Below are positions 19,720 through 29,587 of a stretch of DNA of 64,000 bases, one piece after another. The DNA comes from Nitrosopumilus sp. (lineage in GTDB: Archaea > Thermoproteota > Nitrososphaeria > Nitrososphaerales > Nitrosopumilaceae). The stretch lies in the NCBI GenBank assembly GCA_965197525.1, contig OZ240211.1:1216001-1280000 (forward strand). Direction: 5' to 3'. The position numbers were made by a program, and so were the translations under genes. Position 1 is the stretch's first letter, and each line of letters opens with the position of its first letter. The notes beneath the pieces are model-generated. The model worked only from the letters and a program-made list of their open reading frames with translations, was not told where the DNA came from and made no database searches.

Positions 19720-20247
19720 TCATTTATTCCAATTGTCAAACCCATATAATTGACTTAGATGCGTAGTGTATTTTTTATAGTTTAAATGCTCCTTGGTTTG
19801 AATCAGGCGTTTTTTTTCTAACTCAAATATACCGTGTCGCTTTAGTTCACCCATCTTAAAAATCAACACACGGTATGAAGTATATGGTATCAAATCTACT
19901 ATTTCGTTTGCTTTAAACTCACGACCAAATGACATCATCCATTTGAAACTTTTGCCAAGTCTTGTGTCTCTGGCACATACAGTTGAAAAATTTGTAATAT
20001 CAAATTGTCTATGTTTGTTCGCAAAATTTGCTAGTTTTCTACAAGCACGCCACCGTTCAGTAGTAGATGGAACGTCGTCTCCAGTCAGCACTTGCCTTGC
20101 ATCATCAATTAACGCATCATATCCTTTCTTTAGATCCATGACATTGTCTCCAATATTTACACCACTGGTCTCAAAATCATCAAAATCCATCGATACTTCT
20201 GTCATGCCATCTATTTTAACTAGTTTTACAGGTATGCGATAAGTCAT
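19720..20247 (-). CDS. Hypothetical protein, possibly DUF1016 N-terminal-like
   Basis: RWRACRKL...ARDT...WMMSFGREF...IPYTSYRVLI loosely resembles the YhcG/DUF1016-N pattern; 13 nt downstream of the GHKL gene. Confidence 0.55.
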   Translation of the reverse strand: MTYRIPVKLVKIDGMTEVSMDFDDFETSGVNIGDNVMDLKKGYDALIDDARQVLTGDDVPSTTERWRACRKLANFANKHRQFDITNFSTVCARDTRLGKSFKWMMSFGREFKANEIVDLIPYTSYRVLIFKMGELKRHGIFELEKKRLIQTKEHLNYKKYTTHLSQLYGFDNWNK

Positions 20248-20259
20248 GAATGATTTTCT

Positions 20260-21672
20260 TTAGACTACCTTAAGATCTTTTGCCTCTGTCATAAGATCAC
20301 GATGTGTAATGAATGCCTGTTCAGCTGTTATACTATGCCGCTTGGCACCATTCTTGATTAACTCGCCAAACAGGATAGATTTGACGCGTTGATTCCTTGC
20401 ATCTTCATTCTTTTCATATTTGCGGTACAATGGATGCTGTCTATTGCAATGAAAATTATTGGTCTCTGGATCAAGGAGGCCGTCCCATGGCACATCATAT
20501 CTGTCAACTAGAGTGATATCAAGACCGCTCCCACCACGTTTTTTATTCTTGTTTTCGTCGGATTTTTTCCCATCTGGTTTTTCACGTGTGTCATTTGGAT
20601 CTGTTTTTACATTTTTAGAACCTACTTCTTTTCCAGAACCTACACCCTTGCCAGAACCTACTCCATTCGTTGCATTTGGATTAAGCCATTCATATTCAGG
20701 TTTTTTAAACAGGTTTTGAAAGAATTTTGTCAGTTTTGGGTTGCGTTGCGCATCACCTGTGTGTTTTTCCACATATCCTGCACGTCTGAGAGTCTCGTGC
20801 ATCCATCGCTCTACACTCTTGTACATGTCTGCCACAGCTGCTTGCCCACTCTTGAAACTATTTTTGTTAAGTTTTAGGTATTTAGAGCATTTTTTCGCAT
20901 CCACCATTGCATATACACGATTTTTATGTGGTTCTAAGACGTCAGATATCCATTCTGGCTTTTTTACGGTCACATTTTTGCCCCATACTTCATACTGAAT
21001 ATAACGATATTTGGAGGGTATGTCTTTTTGCATCACTGACAGAGTGATTGGGAATGACATTTTTTTAGATTTTATGATTCCTGTAGTCTGAAATACGTGT
21101 GGAGGATTCCAAGGTTCCAATCTATTACCATTAATAATGATTGTTAGTCTGTTTACCATGGATGGATTGAATACATCTAAGATTATATCACATAACCTAG
21201 ATTGTAATATCTTATAGTCGTTCTCACGCAATTTTACACCATATGATGTACCGCGAATCCTCATGGATGTCGAAGTATCACATTCGTCCCATTTGAGTCG
21301 TCTGTGTTTAACATGCATATCTGACGCAAATGGACCATCATCACCATATGTCTCAGTATGTATGACGGTATTCTTCCAAACTGCAAGGTAGATTTTGGCT
21401 CCGACTCCTGCGAACCCTATTCCACGTCCCTTTGTTTTGGACGAGCCAGATATCTTGTGATATGCTTTGAACTGTTTGCGATTCATGCCAGGACCGTTGT
21501 CAGTAAATGTTATGGTTTTGTCACCAAGTGTTATTTCTACTCTGTCGGCATCTGCATCAAGCGCGTTTGCAATAGCTTCTAAAATTACTATTGATGCTTC
21601 ATCATCGTATGCATCGCAAAAATTTTCAAGCGTATGCATGGCATCTATTTCTATGTCATGTTGTTTTCCCAC
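20260..21672 (-). CDS. GHKL (MORC/Hsp90-like) ATPase
   Basis: EAIANALDA (N box), TDNGPGM (G1), GRGIGFAGVGAK (G2), RGTS (G3), C-terminal CNRQHPLY. Confidence 0.85.
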   Translation of the reverse strand: MGKQHDIEIDAMHTLENFCDAYDDEASIVILEAIANALDADADRVEITLGDKTITFTDNGPGMNRKQFKAYHKISGSSKTKGRGIGFAGVGAKIYLAVWKNTVIHTETYGDDGPFASDMHVKHRRLKWDECDTSTSMRIRGTSYGVKLRENDYKILQSRLCDIILDVFNPSMVNRLTIIINGNRLEPWNPPHVFQTTGIIKSKKMSFPITLSVMQKDIPSKYRYIQYEVWGKNVTVKKPEWISDVLEPHKNRVYAMVDAKKCSKYLKLNKNSFKSGQAAVADMYKSVERWMHETLRRAGYVEKHTGDAQRNPKLTKFFQNLFKKPEYEWLNPNATNGVGSGKGVGSGKEVGSKNVKTDPNDTREKPDGKKSDENKNKKRGGSGLDITLVDRYDVPWDGLLDPETNNFHCNRQHPLYRKYEKNEDARNQRVKSILFGELIKNGAKRHSITAEQAFITHRDLMTEAKDLKVV

Positions 21673-21797
21673 ACAGAGGTGTTAAAGTAAAAAGTATAAA
21701 GATGTATTTAGTCAACTGAATCTCTGAAAAAATATGATTTTAGTAATAAAATCATTCCATATATGATATATTTAGGTCAAAATACTTTTGATTCGCA

Positions 21798-23843
21798 TTA
21801 TAGATGAGCATCACCGCGACTTATCTGGACAATCTGACTTTTTCCAGCAGGTAGTACACGAACGTAATCGTCAATTGGTATACTCTTTGCAATGTCTTCT
21901 TTTAGTTTTGAGAACTCTATTCTGATCTTTTTGGCAGTGTCTGCCATCTCAGAACCGTGCGGTTCAATTATTGCGTAAAGGATAGAATATTTTTTTATAG
22001 GTTCAGGAGGACCGCATGTTAGTACATAGGTTGTGTCCGTATCATCATCAATGTTATTATCAAGGGCATCATTATCATCATCATTGTTATAGTCTCCACC
22101 ATCAATGTTACCATTATCTGAAATAACAGTAATAGCACCACCACCCTCATCATCATCATGTTGGGGAATAATCCCCACTGCCAGTCGCAGGGTATCTGAC
22201 TTGATGAAGTTTCTCTGTCCCTCAATGGTAAATGACCCTTTAGGTAGAAACTCTCCACTGGGAGCAGATTTCTTTACTTGCTGAGGATTTACCCAAAACG
22301 CACTTACACCATACAAACCTTCTCGCCACGCTCTACTGAAACATACAGTTGCATGCGCAATCTCGTTCATAGATGCATCAGGTGCGTCATTAGCGTCTTT
22401 TAAGATAAAGAATGGTGATCCAAAGATATCTGCATGAAATACGCAGTCGTTGTTCCCAAGACGTTTTCTTATTACAGCAGAGTTCGATGCGGCATCACGG
22501 CCGCCGATGGTTAGCATCCCGTCAGTCGTAAAGAACCACCTATACCTCTCATACCACATCTTTTTTCTAATCTCAGATGTGACCATCAACTTTCGTTCAG
22601 ACTCAGTCTTACTCTGAAACTTGGCTAGTTTCTTCTCGGTCTTCTCCTTTATGGCCTGAATAGAGGATATCGCACCTGACTGTTTCTTTGCCTCATTAAA
22701 CAGTGTTGATGCAATGGACTGTAGGGGAGCGTTGGTGTTTATCTTTATCTTTTCATCCAGGATTACAATCAACCAAACACCCTTTTCATTAACCAGTTTT
22801 GCATTATGACTTGCAAGTATGTCCTGAGCTGACTTGTCAGTAACTGACAGGATGCCTGCAGAGACCATTACAAAAAAAGAATTGGCAACACTCGTAATGT
22901 TCTTTGAGCGCTCTTTCACTGTAAGAATGGCTTTTTCTTGCTCTGATATTTGGGTCTCCAACTGTTTGATCTTTTTATCAGAATCACTTGATTGAACAGC
23001 TCTGCCTGCTGCCAGAATATTTTCTGTAAACACTGTATCCAATCCTTCAATAAAGCTGGCAACACTTGTCGTCGTCTCCGGATTCAGTCGTCCTAGTTTT
23101 AGCGGTAGAACATCTGTCTTTTCACCTCGGATAATTACTGCATCATGGTTGCCTGCAGTTACATCTGTGACAATCTTTTTGGCAGTCTCAAATAGTTTTG
23201 TTATCTCGTCCGTATTTAACAGAGTTCCTATCTTCTTCTGATCAACTGCTGCGATCTCAAATATTGCCTCTACGTATTTTTTTGGCAGTCCCAACGTTCT
23301 GCCCAACCATTTTGCAGAACCTAGGTCAGCTGTCTTGAGATCATCAAAAACGTCCTGTGTCAGATTAAAGATATCCAATCCGCTTGATGGTGGGGGCACA
23401 TACTGCAACCCAACACCAAGTTTTCGATGTCTGACATCAATGGAGTGTTGCAGTGCCAGAATCTTCATCTCACTGTTACATAGTATGATGTTTCCATCTC
23501 CAAAAAACTCTCCGACTAGAACAAACTCTTTGCCAAACCCTTCAAAATAGAAATATGCGATACGCTCAGCACCGATCTGTTCTATCTTTTTTAGTTTTAG
23601 TCTAAGAATATCACTTCGTAGACGTTTAAGCAGTCTGTTGGGTTCCATCTGCTCTATCTTTACGCCTGTCAGCCAGACACCGGCAGTTGAGACCATCATG
23701 AATAGATCACTCTTTTCAGTATGGTGAAGTTTGAAGAGAATACTGTCTTTTGTTACGCCGTAGATGTTACTGACGTAGTAATCTTGGACTTGGTCTGAGA
23801 TCTGATTGACAAGATATCGCAGTTCAATCCCAGCTAAGGCCAT
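21798..23843 (-). CDS. rqcH: NFACT family ribosome quality control protein (Rqc2/NEMF/FbpA)
   Basis: LVGEFFGDGNIIL, WYERYRWF, GGRDAASN, FHADIFGSPF, VKKSAPSGEFLPKGSF. Confidence 0.92.
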   Translation of the reverse strand: MALAGIELRYLVNQISDQVQDYYVSNIYGVTKDSILFKLHHTEKSDLFMMVSTAGVWLTGVKIEQMEPNRLLKRLRSDILRLKLKKIEQIGAERIAYFYFEGFGKEFVLVGEFFGDGNIILCNSEMKILALQHSIDVRHRKLGVGLQYVPPPSSGLDIFNLTQDVFDDLKTADLGSAKWLGRTLGLPKKYVEAIFEIAAVDQKKIGTLLNTDEITKLFETAKKIVTDVTAGNHDAVIIRGEKTDVLPLKLGRLNPETTTSVASFIEGLDTVFTENILAAGRAVQSSDSDKKIKQLETQISEQEKAILTVKERSKNITSVANSFFVMVSAGILSVTDKSAQDILASHNAKLVNEKGVWLIVILDEKIKINTNAPLQSIASTLFNEAKKQSGAISSIQAIKEKTEKKLAKFQSKTESERKLMVTSEIRKKMWYERYRWFFTTDGMLTIGGRDAASNSAVIRKRLGNNDCVFHADIFGSPFFILKDANDAPDASMNEIAHATVCFSRAWREGLYGVSAFWVNPQQVKKSAPSGEFLPKGSFTIEGQRNFIKSDTLRLAVGIIPQHDDDEGGGAITVISDNGNIDGGDYNNDDDNDALDNNIDDDTDTTYVLTCGPPEPIKKYSILYAIIEPHGSEMADTAKKIRIEFSKLKEDIAKSIPIDDYVRVLPAGKSQIVQISRGDAHL

Positions 23844-23938
23844 AAACTGGTATAGATTCACGTAGATTATACTCTTGCTATCAATAAGATTACCAAAGAT
23901 TTTAAACAAGGTCAAATAAAGTCACCTTAGAAATTTAC

Positions 23939-24466
23939 TTGGCAAAGTTCAAAAAGAAGAGATCAGCGGCAACTCCGGGATCAGACGATTTAAAGAAAAA
24001 AAAGTCGCTATCAACAAAAGAGGACGATGATAAAACTACTATCCCAGATGTTGAAGGTGGTGGAGCTAACGACGCATCAAAACCTGAAGAGTCTGTAGGA
24101 GATGATAAAGGAGGAGGGGGCGGAGCAGCAGTAAGCCAAGCTCAACTCAGTGAGAGGAATAGAAAGTTAAACAACCTGTTTTGGTTTCGTGTCGTTTTGG
24201 CAGTTATTATTGGAAGCTCGGCGGCGTTCATCTTTGAGGACATTGAAGGCGAGGAGAGAAGATGGGCATCCATTGGTTTAATGATAATTGTATTTATGGG
24301 AACGATAGTTGTTGCAAAGAATATGAATTTGCAGTTACCGCCATCTGATAGAAAGAAGGTAGTCACCCAAGCAATCGGAAGTTATGTCTTTCTGTACTTG
24401 TTTTGCTGGATTGTAACTTATACACTAACCAATGCAGAGGAAGTTACAAGATTCATCAATATTTAG
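23939..24466 (+). CDS. Membrane protein with 3 predicted TM helices and a charged low-complexity N-terminus
   Basis: Hydrophobic segments LFWFRVVLAV, WASIGLMIIVF, GSYVFLYLFCW. Confidence 0.7.
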   Translation: MAKFKKKRSAATPGSDDLKKKKSLSTKEDDDKTTIPDVEGGGANDASKPEESVGDDKGGGGGAAVSQAQLSERNRKLNNLFWFRVVLAVIIGSSAAFIFEDIEGEERRWASIGLMIIVFMGTIVVAKNMNLQLPPSDRKKVVTQAIGSYVFLYLFCWIVTYTLTNAEEVTRFINI

Positions 24467-24473
24467 AGACGTT

Positions 24474-25067
24474 ATGTGGAACTTTAAAACTCCAGGAATA
24501 CCTGATGAGCAGTTTGAACGTACAGCAAACGTTCCAATAACAAAAGAAGAGGTAAGAGTAATTCAAATTAGCAAAGCTAGATTGAGTCCCGGACAGTTAG
24601 TGTATGATGTTGGTTGTGGAAGCGGTTCAGTGACAATAGAGGCAGCAGTCCAGATTGAATCGACAGGACGTGTCATATCAATAGACTATGACAAGAATGC
24701 AATTGCATTGACACAAAAAAATCTGGAAAAGTTCGAGATCTCAAATGTCAAACTGGTGTTAGGGGATGCAAAGGACCAGATTCCAGAGTTAGAAGAGCAG
24801 GCAGATGCAATATTTGTTGGGGGTACAGGAGGAGATACCGTAGAGATAGTCAAATTATGCCAAGCAAAACTAAAGCGAGACGGAAGAATCGTGATAGGAA
24901 CAATACTTGTAGAGACCCTGTATGCGGTGTTGCAGATACTGGATAAATTGGATTTTACAGATATAGATATCACCCAGGTGACTATTGCAAAGAGTAGAAA
25001 GACCAGTACGGGAACCATGATGCTTGCAAAAAATCCTGTGACAGTGATTTCAGCATCTAAACTGTAA
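24474..25067 (+). CDS. cbiT: Precorrin-6B C15-methyltransferase (decarboxylating)
   Basis: PITKEEVR, YDVGCGSGSVTIEAA, AIFVGG. Confidence 0.93.
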   Translation: MWNFKTPGIPDEQFERTANVPITKEEVRVIQISKARLSPGQLVYDVGCGSGSVTIEAAVQIESTGRVISIDYDKNAIALTQKNLEKFEISNVKLVLGDAKDQIPELEEQADAIFVGGTGGDTVEIVKLCQAKLKRDGRIVIGTILVETLYAVLQILDKLDFTDIDITQVTIAKSRKTSTGTMMLAKNPVTVISASKL

Positions 25068-25103
25068 TCTAGATTTTTAATATGGATTATAACATGATAA
25101 GAG

Positions 25104-25841
25104 ATGGCAGGAGTAAGAGTAGGAAGCCTAACTGGCATTGGCGTAGGTCCCGGTGACCCCGAATTACTTACACTCAAGGCTGCAAAGGCGATTCAGAGTG
25201 CAGATATCATCATGTGTCCTGCATCAAATGAGAGCAGGCCAAGCATAGCGTTATCAGTTGTATCGTCGCTAATTGACAAATCAAAAAACCAAGAGATAGT
25301 AAAACTGATCTTTCCGATGACCAAAGATCCTGACATACTAAAACAGACATGGAAGAGGAATGCCAAGATAATGGCACAACAAGTCTTGTCTGGAAAAAAT
25401 GTGGTGTATATTACAGTAGGCGATCCGTATTTGTATAGTACGTGGATTTACATGCACCGTGATCTGACGGCAAACTATCCAGATATGGATATTACCGTAA
25501 TTCCAGGAATTGTCTCAATGTTTACATTTGCATCCAAAGTAGGTGTAAGTATTGCAGAAGGTGCAGAGAAGGTAGCTATAATCCCATCATGCTATGACTT
25601 GACAAGTGTAAAAGAGATTGCAAAGAACTCAGAGGTGATGGTGTTTCTAAAAGATGGAAGATATTTTGATCAGGTGATCGATGTATTAAGAGAATCCGGA
25701 TTCCCCGATGATTCAATCTTTGCAATAGGTCAAGATCTTGGAACAGACAAGGAGATCATAAGAACGCTAAAGTTGGGTCAAGTCAACGATTCCACATTAA
25801 CTACAAAATACTTTTCGATATTGGTGGTAAAACGTGTCTAA
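25104..25841 (+). CDS. cbiL: Precorrin-2 C20-methyltransferase
   Basis: GVGPGDPELLTLKA, LIFPM, GDPYLYST. Confidence 0.92.
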   Translation: MAGVRVGSLTGIGVGPGDPELLTLKAAKAIQSADIIMCPASNESRPSIALSVVSSLIDKSKNQEIVKLIFPMTKDPDILKQTWKRNAKIMAQQVLSGKNVVYITVGDPYLYSTWIYMHRDLTANYPDMDITVIPGIVSMFTFASKVGVSIAEGAEKVAIIPSCYDLTSVKEIAKNSEVMVFLKDGRYFDQVIDVLRESGFPDDSIFAIGQDLGTDKEIIRTLKLGQVNDSTLTTKYFSILVVKRV

Positions 25842-26601
25842 GGTCTATTTTATAGGATGTGGTCCAGGAGATCCCGAGCTCATAACTGTCAAGGCCAAGA
25901 AACTGATTCAGAAGGCAGACGTTGTAGTATATTCAGGTTCACTAATTCCAGAACCCATACTGAAACTATGCAAAAAGGCTACTTTGCATGATGCAGCAAA
26001 GCTAGTCAGAGAGGAGATATTTGATCTCTTGTATAAAAATGCCAGAGACGACAAACTGGTAGTAAGGCTACATGACGGTGATCCGTCAATCTATGGAGCA
26101 ATAAAGGAGCAGATTGATAATCTGGATAAACAGGACATCGAGTCCGTAGTTGTGCCTGGCGTCACGGCATTTCTTGCTAGTGCTGCAGCGCTAGGAACAC
26201 AGTTAACTCTACCCGGAGTCACACAGACCATCATAGTTACAAGGGCTGAATCAAGAACCCGAGTGCCAAAACGGGAGAAGATCTCAGAGCTGGCAAAGCA
26301 CAAGGCAACATTGATCTTTTATCTGAGTGTGCATCTTGTCTCAAACCTGGTAAAAGAGGCGATAGCCAGTGGCGGTTACAAGAAAACCACGCCGGTAGCT
26401 GTAGTGTATAAAGCGAGTTGGGCCGATCAGGTGATCGTCAAAGGAACACTGCAAGATATTGCTCAAAAAGTAAAAGATGCCAAGATTACAAGAACTGCAA
26501 TCGTGATTATCAGTGACGTCATCGAGCCGGAATCATACGAGTACTCTAAACTATACGATAAGAAATTCAGTCATGGGTATAGAAAAGCAAAAATCAAATA
26601 G
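25834..26601 (+). CDS. cbiF: Precorrin-4 C11-methyltransferase
   Basis: GCGPGDPELIT, VRLHDGDPSIYGA, LTLPGVTQT. Confidence 0.94.
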   Translation: MSKVYFIGCGPGDPELITVKAKKLIQKADVVVYSGSLIPEPILKLCKKATLHDAAKLVREEIFDLLYKNARDDKLVVRLHDGDPSIYGAIKEQIDNLDKQDIESVVVPGVTAFLASAAALGTQLTLPGVTQTIIVTRAESRTRVPKREKISELAKHKATLIFYLSVHLVSNLVKEAIASGGYKKTTPVAVVYKASWADQVIVKGTLQDIAQKVKDAKITRTAIVIISDVIEPESYEYSKLYDKKFSHGYRKAKIK

Positions 26602-27361
26602 ACAGATACCGTATATTGCTTTTTATCCCTAGTTGTGATAAATGTTTTTGAAACTGTTCTGGATTACCCGAGGTGTAGATGGTCAATGAGCTGTTTTTTG
26701 GTGAACTGTCTTTTATGGTATTCAGTATTGATTTTGCAACAATGTGTCCTGGATCCATGAATGTGACGTGTGGAAATTCGTCCTCTAGCAGAGATTGTAA
26801 GAATGGCAGATGTGTACTGGAGAGAGTGACTGTATCAATTGAATTTTTTAAAATAGTACTAGACAGAGTTTGTTTTATAATTTTTTTACACTGTTTTTGA
26901 TCTGTTAGAAACATTCCGGATTCCACCAGATCAACTAGTATAGAGCCGTTAATCTTGTGAAATGTTACAGATTTGGGAAAATTATTTTCTTTGATAAATA
27001 CATCTAGTCCTTGACTAGATATAGCAGATTTGGTTCCTAGTATTCCGATATTTTTTGTCATACTGCTAGCAGCGGCTTCACTTAACGGGGGCCTTACGCC
27101 AATGACTTTTGGATGGGATATGCCAAGCATGAGTGTAGGAGTGTTTGATGCCATAACCACCAAGTCAGGCGAAAACCGGTGATTTAGCGCTTTGATGGTT
27201 CTGTTAATGATAGTGCGTAATTGCGCATGAGATTTGTTTCCGTAAGGATAGTTTTTCTGATCAGCAAAGTATATGATCTCAGAACCGGTAACTATTCCTT
27301 GGATTGCCCTGATAATTGAGAGCGATCCAAGTCCAGAGTCAAAGACTGCTAGTCGTGCCAT
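26594..27361 (-). CDS. Glutamate racemase-like protein (both catalytic Cys replaced by Ser)
   Basis: VFDSGLG, D...PYGNKS, ASNT (canonical ACNT), LSSTHLP (canonical LGCTHYP). Confidence 0.85.
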   Translation of the reverse strand: MARLAVFDSGLGSLSIIRAIQGIVTGSEIIYFADQKNYPYGNKSHAQLRTIINRTIKALNHRFSPDLVVMASNTPTLMLGISHPKVIGVRPPLSEAAASSMTKNIGILGTKSAISSQGLDVFIKENNFPKSVTFHKINGSILVDLVESGMFLTDQKQCKKIIKQTLSSTILKNSIDTVTLSSTHLPFLQSLLEDEFPHVTFMDPGHIVAKSILNTIKDSSPKNSSLTIYTSGNPEQFQKHLSQLGIKSNIRYLSI

Positions 27362-27468
27362 GAATTATAGTAAGAGATCCTACGCATAAGAGTTTGTTAG
27401 ATAAATTTAGTCTCAAGTTGAAGAAAATCCACCCCGCCGATTAAGACTAAATTTTGAAACCAATAACC

Positions 27469-28119
27469 ATGCCAAACTTCGATAAGACTTGGGCTCGACA
27501 AGAGACCCAAGGTGTAACAGGCAAACTCCGCGAGGCAGTAAAACCACAGGGTGCTCTAAAGCCACGAATCCAGACTGCAGTAAACAAACTACAAGTCCAG
27601 ATATCAAAGATGGACTCTATGTTAAACAAATTGCATGAGAGAGATGCGCAACTCTTTCAGCGAGTCGTGACTGCAATGCAGCAACATGATACTAGTACAA
27701 GCAGAGTTTTGTCAAACGAATTAGCAGAAATTCGCAAGGTTACAAAAATGCTCGGCAACGCAAGAATGTCATTAGAACAAGTTCAACTTAGATTGACGAC
27801 TATTCATGATCTTGGTGATGCCATGGTAGCAATCGGACCTGCAATGTCTACAATGAAGGGATTAAAGTCATCGCTAGGAAGATTCATGCCAGAAGCTGAT
27901 TCAGAACTGAACAGTATGACACAAACATTGAATGGACTTATGATGGATTCACTTGCAGGAGATTCATTTAGCATGGAGTCTGATACTTCAAGTGAAGAAA
28001 CAGACAAGATTCTTCAGGAAGCATCTGCAGTAGCTGAGCAACAGGTAGGAGATAGATTCCCATCTGTACCATCCTCAACTGGACTTTCGTCACAGTCTTC
28101 TTCTACCTCTACATATTGA
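27469..28119 (+). CDS. cdvB: ESCRT-III / CdvB family cell division protein (Snf7 domain)
   Basis: Coiled-coil Snf7 core (LSNELAEIRK...LEQVQLRLTTI..LGD), acidic C-terminus. Confidence 0.88.
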   Translation: MPNFDKTWARQETQGVTGKLREAVKPQGALKPRIQTAVNKLQVQISKMDSMLNKLHERDAQLFQRVVTAMQQHDTSTSRVLSNELAEIRKVTKMLGNARMSLEQVQLRLTTIHDLGDAMVAIGPAMSTMKGLKSSLGRFMPEADSELNSMTQTLNGLMMDSLAGDSFSMESDTSSEETDKILQEASAVAEQQVGDRFPSVPSSTGLSSQSSSTSTY

Positions 28120-28202
28120 GTAGATTGAAGAGAACGAACGTTCTTTCTTTTTGTTTTATTTGCAGTTTGGCAACAACAGTACCATGCAGTGTCAGTTAAA
28201 GA

Positions 28203-29360
28203 CTAGCTCCAGAGCTTTTCTTTGAACGTGAGTTTCTTGTTCAAGATAAAGTTACTAAATGCAGCAACGGAGATAGCTAAAACCAAGGCAAGTGGGTACT
28301 CCATACCGTAAGAGTCTACTAACTGGAATACCAGTCCTAACTGAATCAAAGCACCCAACGAACTAAACAAGCCAAACTTGCCGTATTGAGTGAAGACACG
28401 TTTTTTAGTAAAGTCTCTGTCCTCAAAAGTCCATACCTTGTTTAAGATGAAATTAGTAGAGATTGATGCAATGATTCCAAATATGTTTGCGTGTAGATAC
28501 CATAGTTCGGTCAGACCGGATGTAAATAACAACGAGATCAGATAATTTACACCAAGACCAGTTGCACCAACTGTAAAGAATCTTGCTGCTTTTGAGAAGA
28601 ATCTTACAGAGGGACGTTTCTCATTTGTTGATTTTATCTTTCCATTTTTGTACAACTGCCATACGGATTTAAAATAATCAAAGATGATCGAGCTGTCTAA
28701 CTTACTGGAACCGAATTTACGATTCTCAAATGTATAAGGAATCTCCTTGACGTTGATTCCTTTTGTCTTTACAAGCATCTCCAAGAGAAATTTGTAGCCG
28801 ATTACGTCAAAATTTAACTCTTTGATAATATTTTTTTTAAAAGCAAAGAATCCAGACATTGGGTCCTTGGTCTTGACACCCAACCCCTTCTTTGCAATCA
28901 GTGTAGCGACTTTACTCATAATCTTTCTTTTAAGGGTCCAACCCTCAATGTGCCCACCGGTGATATAACGAGAGGCAACGACTAGGTCGCATTGGTAGTG
29001 CTTGAAGGCATCAATCATCTTGGGGATAATTTGAGGAGGGTGAGAAAAGTCAGAGTCCATCACCACTATCATGTCTGCTTTGGCGTTTTGTATTCCGTTT
29101 AGTATTGCAGATGACAGACCGTTCTTGGTCTTTCTGTGAATGATACTGATGCTGTGCTCTGTGAACTTTTTAAAATTAGATATGTATTCTTCAACTATCT
29201 TACCTGTACCGTCAGGGGAGTTATCATCAACTACGATGGTCTCTGAAAAAACTCCTTTTGGTATAGATTGTGGTATTGATTTTAGCATATCAACGATGTT
29301 TAATGATTCATTATACGTTGGAACAATGATTGATACTTGTGGGTGTGTTCTTATAGTCAT
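28203..29360 (-). CDS. GT2 glycosyltransferase (polyprenol-phosphate mannosyltransferase-like) fused to a GtrA domain
   Basis: IVPTYNE, VVDDNSPDGT, MDSDFSHPP, RKFGSSKL; C-terminal GtrA TM helices. Confidence 0.9.
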   Translation of the reverse strand: MTIRTHPQVSIIVPTYNESLNIVDMLKSIPQSIPKGVFSETIVVDDNSPDGTGKIVEEYISNFKKFTEHSISIIHRKTKNGLSSAILNGIQNAKADMIVVMDSDFSHPPQIIPKMIDAFKHYQCDLVVASRYITGGHIEGWTLKRKIMSKVATLIAKKGLGVKTKDPMSGFFAFKKNIIKELNFDVIGYKFLLEMLVKTKGINVKEIPYTFENRKFGSSKLDSSIIFDYFKSVWQLYKNGKIKSTNEKRPSVRFFSKAARFFTVGATGLGVNYLISLLFTSGLTELWYLHANIFGIIASISTNFILNKVWTFEDRDFTKKRVFTQYGKFGLFSSLGALIQLGLVFQLVDSYGMEYPLALVLAISVAAFSNFILNKKLTFKEKLWS

Positions 29361-29587
29361 ACTTGTTACTATGATGAGTGATTTTTTGTATAAATATTAG
29401 TTTTTAATTAAAAAAGATGATGTAATAGTGTTATTCTAATTTACTATGATGCATCAAAGATTATGATAGTCAACTATAATATTGGTTGGCTATGGTTTCT
29501 AATAAATAAATTGTGGAATAAGGTAGCCCATTACATGCCTTGGATCATTCAAATATGGCTCTGGAAAGTCACACAGTTATGGCGTGA

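Noticed and set aside
24474-26601. cbiT-cbiL-cbiF cluster as a novelty
   Set aside because: Cobalamin synthesis is well established in Thaumarchaeota
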